A program made the position numbers and the translations under genes. Below are positions 18,900 to 29,200 of a stretch of DNA of 64,000 nt, in pieces. How positions within the stretch are numbered: position 1 is the first letter of the stretch; the number at the start of each line of letters is the position of its first letter. The stretch comes from a virus. Below the pieces are notes generated by a model. It saw nothing but the letters and a program-made list of their open reading frames with translations. It was not told the origin of the DNA and did not search any database. The stretch is from positions 34,775 through 98,774 of the IMG/VR virus record IMGVR_UViG_3300037883_000122; one strand, given 5' to 3'.

Positions 18900-19478
18900 A
18901 TGAATGCAGTGATTGAGACCAAAGACCAGCTTGTGCATGCCCCGACTCACCCCTTGGTCCTGGAAGACGGTGTCAAGCACATTAACATCGACACCTACGC
19001 CAAGACGGAACTAGGGAAGATGTTGGTCCATAAGTACCCGGCACGTTTTGAGCATCCCAAGTTCGGCCGCTTCCGTTCGGTCGAAGGTTTCTGGGGCTTT
19101 ATTCGTACGGGGGCCCGTGAAGATCGTTGGCGTTATCTGTCCGGCATGCCTGCCAAGCGCGAAACTCGCAACTTGGACAAGCGCTGGATCAAGAATTTTC
19201 ACCAGATCATTATGGAGGCCAACTTCCACAAGGTGAGTCAGAACGAAGAGATCAAGAAGTTGATGTTGGCTTCAGCGCTCCCGTTTGATCACTACTACAT
19301 CTTCCGCAGTGAGCAGATGAAACCGGATGACCCCGGCCTACCGACCCGTCCGCAGATCGCGAGCTGGCTGTGTGAAGGTTTCGAGGAAATCCGTCGCCTG
19401 CTGCGCGAAGGTAAGCAACCCGTAGTCCCTGACTACGAGGATGTGTACCTGGGCGATAACGAAGTCATTAATCGCTAA
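18900..19478 (+). CDS. NADAR-like (T4 gp30.3-like) protein
   Basis: HINI...TELGKML...F.HP.FGRFRSVEGFW...AK...KVSQNEEIKKLM. GGAGA SD before ATG 18900. Confidence 0.55.
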   Translation: MNAVIETKDQLVHAPTHPLVLEDGVKHINIDTYAKTELGKMLVHKYPARFEHPKFGRFRSVEGFWGFIRTGAREDRWRYLSGMPAKRETRNLDKRWIKNFHQIIMEANFHKVSQNEEIKKLMLASALPFDHYYIFRSEQMKPDDPGLPTRPQIASWLCEGFEEIRRLLREGKQPVVPDYEDVYLGDNEVINR

Positions 19479-19494
19479 ACGATGTAGTGCGACG

Positions 19495-19539
19495 CGGGGG
19501 GCCTTCGGGCTCCCCGTATGCTCTCTTCTCTTTTTTTTT
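19495..19539 (+). terminator. UUCG hairpin followed by TATGC and a T-tract
   Basis: cgggggGCC-TTCG-GGCtccccg, then TATGC and a T9 run. Confidence 0.75.
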
Positions 19540-19554
19540 GCTTTCGAGGTCGAT

Positions 19555-21012
19555 ATGCCGTCAATTACCGATGCTGTACAGAGCGCGACGAACGCAGCGG
19601 CCGCCGCATCCAGCGCGGCGTTGACTGGTGTCAGCGGGTCCGTACAGGCTGCACAAGCCGCTCTCGCACCTAACGTGTGGGTTGGTGCCGCTGATAACAA
19701 ACTGGCCACTGCAGACCCGTATAACCCCCCTAATGCGCCGTCTGTTATCACGGATGTCCAGAACCTATTTCAGAAGTTCGACTTCACGATCACGGACGTG
19801 CTGCGCGGTGGTAAGTACATCGCTGCCCAGGCGATCGGGATTGCGCGTGATGTGAAGATGCTCACCTCGGGTGACATCACTGCACGTATTCTGGGCGCAT
19901 CGCTCTTAACCAAGAGTGCACTCAATGCGCTGGGTGCGGTAGGACTTGGCAATGTGGTGGATTCCGTCAATAGCGGTATCTCGATGGCCGAGGGAGCGAT
20001 TGGCGATGCAGTCGGAACAGTCGCGAGTGAGGTCTACGCTGATCTGAATGGCGTGGTCCAGCAGGTTTCGTCTGCAGCTGCTCAAGGTCTCTCGGCAGTG
20101 GGAGCCTGTATCAATGAGCTCGGCGTGAATGCGTCGTTCTCCATTGCAGACAGTGGAGCGAAGATCGGTCTGTTCGCAGGATTGATTCAGTCGTCGTGTG
20201 GTTACGGCATGCAGGGTTCGTTCGGTAGCCTGATGGCCAGTGTGACAGATCGCAACATTCTGGGTGCCGTGACGATGCGGGTGATTCCGTCGATCGTGCA
20301 AGGCTCCGATGTGAAGAGCCTGCTGCAGATTGGTCTGACGTTGGGTTCGCGACAAGCCTACGCCTATTCACCGAATATCCTGGCGAACTTCAGCTCGCAG
20401 TATTCAACCCCGCTCGGTACCGGTGCCTCGGGTAACGTGGATTACTCGGGTGCGTTCCAGGACACCATGGCTGCATACAGCGCAGTTGATCCGGACTGGG
20501 CCACGTTGAATCGTCAGACGACGATCACGGACGAGAATGGCAATGACCTTACGCAAACCGATGCGGCGTTCAATCTGAATGCTGTTGCGAATGGTTCGCA
20601 AGACTTCCAGACCATGGTTCAGCAAGGTGCCATGGCGTCGACCGATCCGAATGACAAGCTGATGTTGCTGGCGAACCAGGTACAGCAGACCACCGTGGCG
20701 AGCAAGCTGGCCAGTCAGTTCCCGAAGACGGTGTTTGACGGTAATAGCCAGATTACGTCGGACACGCAAGATCCGCAAGTCATCGCACTGGGCACCACGA
20801 CCCCGACTGCACCGTCGGGTTACTCGAAGGTGGCACCGAACAACAACCAGCCGGTGAACTACGATATCCAGGCCGACGGTATCCACGACATCAAGGACGC
20901 CAAGCTGGAGAATGGCATCTATGTGTGGCCGGACGGTTACTTCCAGGTTGGGGCAACTCACCAGGGTTCCGACGGCGGAGGTTACGTCTCGAAGGGCATC
21001 ACGTTCAACTAA
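19555..21012 (+). CDS. Putative virion (tail/baseplate) protein
   Basis: GAGG SD before ATG 19555. Ala/Gly/Ser/Thr-rich composition typical of structural proteins. Confidence 0.55.
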   Translation: MPSITDAVQSATNAAAAASSAALTGVSGSVQAAQAALAPNVWVGAADNKLATADPYNPPNAPSVITDVQNLFQKFDFTITDVLRGGKYIAAQAIGIARDVKMLTSGDITARILGASLLTKSALNALGAVGLGNVVDSVNSGISMAEGAIGDAVGTVASEVYADLNGVVQQVSSAAAQGLSAVGACINELGVNASFSIADSGAKIGLFAGLIQSSCGYGMQGSFGSLMASVTDRNILGAVTMRVIPSIVQGSDVKSLLQIGLTLGSRQAYAYSPNILANFSSQYSTPLGTGASGNVDYSGAFQDTMAAYSAVDPDWATLNRQTTITDENGNDLTQTDAAFNLNAVANGSQDFQTMVQQGAMASTDPNDKLMLLANQVQQTTVASKLASQFPKTVFDGNSQITSDTQDPQVIALGTTTPTAPSGYSKVAPNNNQPVNYDIQADGIHDIKDAKLENGIYVWPDGYFQVGATHQGSDGGGYVSKGITFN

Positions 21013-21025
21013 GGTTTCAACTAAG

Positions 21026-21062
21026 GTCATAGACGCCCAGGGTCACCCCTGGGCGCTATGCC
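21026..21062. terminator. Bidirectional hairpin GTCATAG-stem-CTATGCC
   Basis: Stem cgcccaggg/ccctgggcg at a convergent junction. Confidence 0.7.
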
Positions 21063-21066
21063 GTCA

Positions 21067-23175
21067 TTACTGACGTACGGTACCGCGGAAGATTGCCGAG
21101 ACCACATGGCCTGGCAACGTATCGCCCATGAAGGAAGCGAAGTGTGATGTGCTATACCACGTCTTCCAGGTCGTCATGGCGCGCGTCAAGTTGAGCTTGA
21201 ACTTGTTCGCAGAGTAGATCTGATCCGTTAGACCCATCCCCGAGAGCACCGCCATGTAATCCGTGAACGTGTTGTCATCATCAAACATCGAACCGATGGT
21301 CGCCGCTGCATTGCTCGCAGCATCGGCTACGGAACCCAGCGCACCACCCACTGCGGCACCAGCAGCGGCACCACCGACTGCCGTCACCGGACCACCGCCT
21401 GCGCCCACTACTGCGCCTGCGATACCACCGATCTCGGAACCGGTCGCTGCACCATTGCTGGTAAAGCCTTGGCTAATCGGCATGGCCAACACGGTCGACA
21501 TATCGGCGAACGAGATGCTCACCTCAATGCCCATTGCGTGACCTTCGCGGTTCCAGCCGGTGTTACCCGTGCCACGCGAGATGGAGATCGACTCCACCAT
21601 GGCGAGACGTGACTGACAACGACCCCGGTCAAAGATTTCGCACAGGAACGGACTGGTGTACGACTGCTTACCGGTTGCAATCGGCAAGGACATCGCCAAC
21701 AGCATCGCGAGTGGCACGTACAGGTTCAACAGCTGCGAGACGCGATTGCCATACGGGCTGATCAGGTTGATCGTGTACGTCATGCGCGGCAACGACGCTA
21801 CTGAGTCCTGCCAGTTCCGCGGGATGTCCACAAAAGCCGAACCCCCCAACGCCGCCAGACCCGAGAGCGACACTGAATCCAGCGCACCCTTGACCAGATC
21901 CCCGACTGCTCCGATTGCAGCGCCCAAGGTCTGACCGGCAACACCGCCCAGGATGTTGCCGTTAGCCAGATCGAATTCAGCCGAGCGAGCCTGCGAGGAG
22001 ATGCCGTTGATCTTCTGCTTGATCTCCGAATCCTGGAACGAATTGGAGAAGCTCTCACCGACCTGACCCGTTGCATTGACCCGGAACGACACGAAGGCCG
22101 AACCGTCATCCATCTCTGCGCCGAGGAAGTCAAAGAAGCCCGCGTCGTACGCCTGACTCGGCTGTGTGGTTCCGTTGGAATCGTTGTTCAGGGATTCCGT
22201 GGTGGAGCTACTACCATCCGAACCAGACGCTTGGGTTTTCGATTGCGAAGAGCCCAGCCACTTTTGCAAGTAGTTGGTCCAGCCACCACCGCCCGTATCC
22301 GTCAGCTGTTGGGTATAAGCCCGTTGAATCGCTTGCGAGAGGTTCAGGTTGTCCGAGTTGTAGACCTGTTCCAGATTCGCATGATGCAGACGATTCAAAC
22401 GCTGAGCCCGGTTGGCCATCGCATAGACGTCGATCGAGCCACCCTGGTTGATGATGTCCGGCAACAGCTGATGCAACTGCGTTTGCGCAGCCGAATCAAA
22501 CTGGTAGCCATTGGTCAGGGTCTGGGCCAAGGACGTACCGCCAATCCGAGGCACCACGCCCATGTTCACCGCAATCTGGTTCACGATGGTTTGCACCGCG
22601 TTCCAATAGAGCGGCATGGCGGGCTTCGAGTAGTAGAACTTGCTCGACGGTTTCTGCAGGAAGAAACGCGCGGCATTACCCAGCAGCGTCACAGCCAGCA
22701 GTTTCCACGAGAGGATCGATACCACAAACCCAGCTGCCCGGCCGAGTTCGTAGAATGCCGACGGTGCCCGACCTGTACGCGCCAGTGTCCCTGCACTCGT
22801 GTTGTAGAAACCCGAGAAGAAGGTGGTCAGCGAATTGAAGGACGGTACACCACAACGAATGTTGATGACCTGGGAGTGAGCCTCGATAGCTTCCCCGTAG
22901 TAGCGGCCAATACCCACGTTCCCGGCGCGGTTCTTACCGCCGGTGTCGACCCCGTACGCACTGCGCGGTTTCAGGTCAGCATAGCGGGTGAATTGCGGAG
23001 GCGGGTTAATACAGAGACTACCGCCTGGTGCGGTATCGGTAAAACTAAAACTCACCGGAGTGAAGGTGCGGTTCTCCTGATCGACCGTTTGCAGGTCTTT
23101 TACTTGAACCAGGAAAGACTGTCGCACCCAACTGGAGTCTTTGTTGAGGTTGTTGACATTATTCTGGGAGCTCAC
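21067..23175 (-). CDS. Tail/baseplate structural protein (phiKZ gp182-like)
   Basis: Downstream of the tape-measure/lysin gene. Motifs INPPPQFTRYAD and YTSPFLC. GTG start with AGGAG SD. Confidence 0.65.
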   Translation of the reverse strand: MSSQNNVNNLNKDSSWVRQSFLVQVKDLQTVDQENRTFTPVSFSFTDTAPGGSLCINPPPQFTRYADLKPRSAYGVDTGGKNRAGNVGIGRYYGEAIEAHSQVINIRCGVPSFNSLTTFFSGFYNTSAGTLARTGRAPSAFYELGRAAGFVVSILSWKLLAVTLLGNAARFFLQKPSSKFYYSKPAMPLYWNAVQTIVNQIAVNMGVVPRIGGTSLAQTLTNGYQFDSAAQTQLHQLLPDIINQGGSIDVYAMANRAQRLNRLHHANLEQVYNSDNLNLSQAIQRAYTQQLTDTGGGGWTNYLQKWLGSSQSKTQASGSDGSSSTTESLNNDSNGTTQPSQAYDAGFFDFLGAEMDDGSAFVSFRVNATGQVGESFSNSFQDSEIKQKINGISSQARSAEFDLANGNILGGVAGQTLGAAIGAVGDLVKGALDSVSLSGLAALGGSAFVDIPRNWQDSVASLPRMTYTINLISPYGNRVSQLLNLYVPLAMLLAMSLPIATGKQSYTSPFLCEIFDRGRCQSRLAMVESISISRGTGNTGWNREGHAMGIEVSISFADMSTVLAMPISQGFTSNGAATGSEIGGIAGAVVGAGGGPVTAVGGAAAGAAVGGALGSVADAASNAAATIGSMFDDDNTFTDYMAVLSGMGLTDQIYSANKFKLNLTRAMTTWKTWYSTSHFASFMGDTLPGHVVSAIFRGTVRQ

Positions 23176-23191
23176 GTCTACTCCTGTAGCG

Positions 23192-23217
23192 AAATAAGAA
23201 GGGGACCCGAAGGCCCC
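23192..23217 (-). terminator. UUCG hairpin terminator
   Basis: Minus strand ggggcc-TTCG-ggtcccc followed by ttcttattt. Confidence 0.6.
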
Positions 23218-23223
23218 CTCCAG

Positions 23224-26200
23224 TTAGACCATTTTGCTCATCGACACCGGAGGCGTCGGCATGGACGTCGGGTTCTTGCGTTGCATAGCATCAGGCGAGG
23301 CACTGCCGCCAGTCGGTGCAGGTGTGTTGCTAGGCTTCTGGCCAGATTGGCCGACGCCCATCTTCACGAGCTGCTGCAAGGCTTGAAGCATGCCCTGCTG
23401 GACTGTCAACGATTGCTTCAGCACATCGGTCACCGGACCCAGCGACTTGGCCAGGCTTTCGGCCTGGTAGTCCCCTTGTGCTGCCAGATCCTTGTTGCGA
23501 GTCTGGAAGCCTGTCACGGAAGCCGTTTGCGAGGCAATCGAATCTGGCTGTGCATTCACTGCAGCCGAGGCATCGCTCGAAGCCGAAGGTGTCGGGGTCG
23601 TGCCCTTGGTGGCCGGAGCCGGTCCAGGGGTTTGATCCGCTACCTTCATCATGCCACCACCGCTCGGCGCAGCACCACCAGCTGACGGAGCAGCACCCGG
23701 TGCACCCGTTGCATCAGCTTGCTGCGCAGCATTCGGATCAGGCTTACCACCCAATGCACCGCTGGCTGCCTGGGACAGGTACGTCTGGAATTTAGCTGCC
23801 CGGTCTTGCAAGCCGTTGTAGCCGCCATTGATGGCCTTCGTGACTGCTGCCACGTCACCATTCTTAGCTGCCGCTGAGCTCACTCGACTCTTCCAGTACG
23901 CAATGGCAATCTTGGCCGCATTGACAGGATCACTTGCGAGGTCCGGGTTATTCACCAGGTCCAAGCCAGTCAGCTTGCCAAACTTGATGTAGTTGTCCTT
24001 ACCGGTCAACTGCACCACACCGCGACCACGATACTTCCAACCATCGCCCGGATCTTTGTTCCCCATGCGACCACCGTAAATCCGGTTAGCGATTGCTTCC
24101 GGACCTTCCGAGGCCACCTGTTGAGCATCCTGAGCACCACTGAAGTGTCCCTTGAAGAGACTCATCAGCACCGATGGTCGATAGTTCAGATTTTCCGAGA
24201 GCGACTTGAAGCCACCGCTCTCATGGTCCATCTGCGCCATGAACATGGCCTGCTCCTTCGGGTCACTGATCCCGGCCGTCTTCATCGCAGTGATGAGGGC
24301 GTTCTTGATCGCACCTGCCGAAGCTGAGATCGTTGCACCGATCCGGCCTGCTGCTCCCTTGGCTGCGTTATAGCCCGACTTCAGGGCATCTCCCGCACCC
24401 GACACGACACTCCCCACGGCACTGCCGACTGCCACCCCGGCGTTGACAATCCCGTTGCCGACTGCCGAAGCTGCCGACTTGGTCGCATCCCAAGCTTTGC
24501 CTGCAAACGCCTTCGTAGCATCCCACGCATTGGACACGCCAGACTTCAGCTTATCCAACCAGCTCGGTTGAGCTGCCGGTTGACCATCCTGACTCGTGTT
24601 CTTCGAGTCGTTGGCTGCAGAGGTCTTCTTTTGGAAGGCCGCCTGCTCAGGCAAAGCCGGGGCTTTCTGCGCTTGCTTCAGGCTCGCCATGTTGCCATCA
24701 GTCGACGCCGACTCCTTATTCAACTCGTAGTTTTCCCACGGTGAAGTCGGAATCTGCCAGACCGACGTTGCCATCCCGTACGCAGTCGTCGATGCACTGA
24801 CGACTTGTTTAGCGGCGTTGAGCAGATCGTCCGGTTTGATAGCCTTCATCGCACTGGTCGGATCTTGCTGGTTCGTCACCGAGCACACAGCAGACACGTA
24901 GGTCAGGTAGGTCGGCAAGAAACGCTTATGGAACCAGGCCATCCAATCGTACGCGCGGTTGCTCCGGTTGCCCGAGAAGCCAAACTGCGGTGCAATCTTG
25001 GCGGTCAGATCCGAGACATCGCCACCCCAGTCGGCTTTACCCTTGGAGACTTTGACGTCCTTTTGTACGAGCGTTTCCAGTTGACGCAAGGAATGGACCT
25101 TATCGGTATCCATGTCCTTAAGACCATACGTCTTGAAACGAATGGCCTCCATCGCGCCCACTTGAGCGTTGTTCATCGCCGTGATGGCAGCGCCTACAGA
25201 CGCACCAGCTGCAGCCAATCCACCGCCCCCAACCTTCGGCATCTGCGGCTGATTCGCCGTGGCTTGCTGGTTAAGCGCAGCAACGGCTGCCCCAGCTGCG
25301 GCACCGGCAGCTACCGCCGTACCTGCACCCAACTTGGGACCCGTCGCATCCGCAGCCTTACTCAGTGCATCGGTCGGCTTCTTGTCCTTGTCGTCCTTGG
25401 CATCCTTATCGATCGACTTCTTTGCGTCATCAATCGCTGCCTTGACGTCATCCGGACCGGCTGAGAGCTTACCGCCCGGCACCGGTGAGACCATCACGTT
25501 GTACGGATCAGACGGCATCTGAATACCGCTCAGGTACTTCTGCTTCTCCTGAGCATTCAGCTTGCTATCTACATCCCCCAACGACACGCCTTGCTTGATC
25601 CCGTTCAGGACCGTGAGGTGTGTGATGAACACCGGTTTGAAGCGCTTCAGATACCACGTCGTAAACGCCGCCACCTGGTCCTGGTCGTGCAGATCCACGC
25701 CAAAGCTTTCGACTGCCTTCTTCAGATCCACCTTCTTGGGGTCGATCTGTGCCATGCCGCCTTGGTAGACGACACCCGGCATCAGCGTGCTTTCCAGACC
25801 AAAGACTTTGCTTACGTAGTCGTTATCGTCCGCCTTCCAGCCGTACTGCGCGTAACGGATCTTCGAGAGATCATCCAGCTTGTTACGCGTCAGAAACTTG
25901 TAGCCACCGTACAGAGCCGCAGCCCCTGCTGCCAGACCCAATGCAGGCAGGAGAACAGGTGAAGCAATGATCGCCCCAAGTCCAGAAAGGAGCGCCCCTC
26001 CTGCAGCCCCTGCAAGGCCCAGTGCTCCACCCTCAATACCGAGTAGACCAGCAGCCCCAGAAGCAACAGACCAGCCAGTTGCAGCGTCACCCGCATAATC
26101 CAGCCCCTTGCCAATCGTCGTGTGGCCCGTCGCGTTCGCAAGTGATCCTGCTGCACCGAGTGCCAAACCCGCACCCAGTCCCTTGCCCCACTTCAGACCG

Positions 26201-29200
26201 CCCAGCAACCGGCTCCCAATGCCTCGCTTTGCAGCGCCAGCCACTGCACCTTCTGCAGCTGCGGCACCCCCCTTGCCAAAGAGACGGCCCAGACCAGGTA
26301 TCTTGCGCAGGTACTTACCGCCCGGAATCTTCCCGAGGATGCGTTCCCCAATCGCCTGACCGACACCCGACTCGATGTCGTCCACGATCCCGCCCTTGCC
26401 ATCACCTTCGTCATCCTTCTTTTTCTTCTTGCCAAAGAGACCCGAAAGCAGGCTGAGAATCCCGCCCCGCTTCTTGTCCCCCTGATCACCATCCTTGCTA
26501 CCCTTACGGGCTTCGTCTTCGGCTTCCTTACGCGCCCGATGTTGATCTTCAATCGAGCCCTTACGGATGTTGTGCGGCTTGGGTAGGCGTTCCTTCAGCA
26601 GGTCACGAATCTCACCCACGGTGTCCATCAGCTTCTTGCCACCACCGAAGAAGATTCCGTGACGACCAAACATGCCGGAGAGTCCCGAGAGGAAACCCTT
26701 GCCCAGACCGAAAGCATTGCCGACGCCTTGGTTGATGCCACCCGCCAACCACTTGAGTGCACCCACACCAGCGCCCGCAATCTTGCCCACACCCGACAGC
26801 AGTCGACTCACGCCCGTCTTCAGGGGGTCCCCGTTCTTGCTGTAGAGCCCCATCTTGAATTCGTCATCCGTGAGGACTTCGACACCCTTGTAATTGACAA
26901 CTGCGCCGTCAATGTCCTTGGGGTTCTTGATAGGGTGATCATTCACAGCCGACTTGTAACCACCTGCGCGCATGGTGCGTGCATCGAGTGCTTTGCGAAG
27001 CTTCTTCGGATTGCTGGCGTCATGCACATACACGTCTTGCGGACCGTTCATGTACGAAGTGGCAGCCTTGAGCACCATCCCGCCGACACCGGAGACCATC
27101 TTCCAGCCACGCGGCAACGCATTGAATATACTGCCTCCAATGCCATTACCGATCTTCGCAGCAGTCTTGACGATCGCGCCCATCCCACGCAGAGCCTTCT
27201 TGCCCAAGCCTTCACGCACATAGGCAGTCGCGGCTTGCTCATCCGTCATGACGATGCCGGACTCATCAGCCACGGCGCCCTGAATGTCCTTCCACGTCTT
27301 GATCGGCTTGCCGGTCTTGACATCGAAGTACTCACCCGCTTTCAGGCGTTGACCGTAGAGCAGCACCTTACGACCGGTCCCTTCCGAGTACACGTCCTTA
27401 AAGCCACGCATCTTGTCAGCGGCTCGACCGAGCTGCCCGCCAATCAGACCGGCACCGAAACGTGCGACACCAAACGACGAACGGATACCACCGCCCACGA
27501 GCCAGTTAGCGAATTGGCCGCTCTTACGAGCTGCGCCCCACATCCCGCCACCGATGCCCTTTGCGGCATCCTTGATCGAACGGTTCCACCACCAGCCCTT
27601 ACTCTTCTTGCCGTTGTCAACTGCGGCCGCCGGGATGTTGCCATCTGCGACATTACCGACCACCATCGTCGGCAGACCCTTTTCCATGCGCTCAGCCATC
27701 TCGTTGAGCTTATCCAGCATCTTCGAGAAAACAGACGGCTTTTGCTCCGGCGAGAACATCATGTCGGAGATATGCATGGTGTTGCGGTCGATGTGCATCG
27801 TATCGACGTGGATCGCACCCAGCATCTTTGCATTCAGGCTGTCGCCCACACCACCCTGACCCGACTTGCCACCCATGAACGGTTGCTTAGACGGACGAGC
27901 AGCGCTACGGCGCGGACCGCGACGCTGACGGGAGCCCTTCAGGCCCATCGGCTGGCCAGTGAAGGTGTGATGACCCGGCGCAGCCGGATTACCACCAGGG
28001 TTGTATTCGCTACCGTAGTAATACTCGAAGAACTTCTCGAGATTGACGCCGTCACCCTTCTCGTTCAGAATGCCCGACTCTTGCAGGAAGTCATTCATCC
28101 CCAGGTTGGAGAAGTCCTGCACCGAATCACGCGAAGCCGATGCGTACTGACCCAGTGAGTTGTACGCATTGGCAAAGCTGTGCTTCTTGGACGAGTCGTG
28201 GTCGTTCCTGAAGTAGTCACGGAAGAGTTGCGAGAACTGACCCGCATGCTGCTGAGCATCCCCGTCGTAACGCTGCGTCTTGCCCAACACTTCCACACCA
28301 CCCAGTCGACCCCGTACGTTATTACGCAGGAGCTGCTGACCCAAGATCCGACGCTGATCCGGTGAGAGGGTCTTCTTGCCATCCACCTCATCGAGCAGCT
28401 TCTCAACCTGATCCTTGGTCCACTCTTTCTGGTCCTTATCGACCAGCGAGCCAAAGGCATTCTTCTTCACGTTCGAATGCGTATCGAAACGATTCTTGGT
28501 GAAGTCGTAATGGACCATCTCCGTCTTGTGGTCACCCGTGCGGATGATCTGCAATTCCTGGAGCATCCGAGCCAGATAGCCCGGAATGATTTCGTTGAGA
28601 GTCTTCGCGCTTTGACGGCTGAAGTACGACGGCTCGTTCATGCCCTGAACCGTGTCCTTCATCACGCCGGTTTGCAACTTGGAAGCGGAGCGAACGTTCG
28701 CCTTCAGGAAACGAATCAGTCCATCACTCATACCGCCCGTTTCGTGCTTGTTCGAGCGGGCCCATTGATCCAGGATCTGCGGCAGATTCTCAGCCCCGTA
28801 CTGAAGCTTGTTGCCCGTTTTCTTGATACCGGGGATCTTGTCCAGATGCGGCTTGAGCTTGCCCGCGAGCCAATCCCCCAGTACTGAGGTACCGAGTGCC
28901 CCGCCAATCACGCCACCCGTATGGTACGGGTCGGTCTTCATGCCCATGGCTTCAGCCAAGTCCATGTCGTCCAGACGTGCATTCACATCTTGCAGCGCAC
29001 CGCGACCAAAGCCGACGGTGCTCTTCACACGACCCACAGCCGTCTTCTTCAAATTCCCCATGAGGGTATTGAGAAAATCGTTGGAGCGACCAAAGATCGT
29101 GTTGCCAATCACCGAGCCGATCTGCTTCTTGGCCATGTCCTTAAACGTGTCCGAAGCACGGAGCTTGACTTGCTCCGGCAGGGCCGTGTTGTGGACGATG

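Noticed and set aside
21005-21027. Direct repeat TTCAACTAAGGT x2 at a stop codon
   Set aside because: Only two copies, most simply a local slippage duplication, with no sign of an inserted element.
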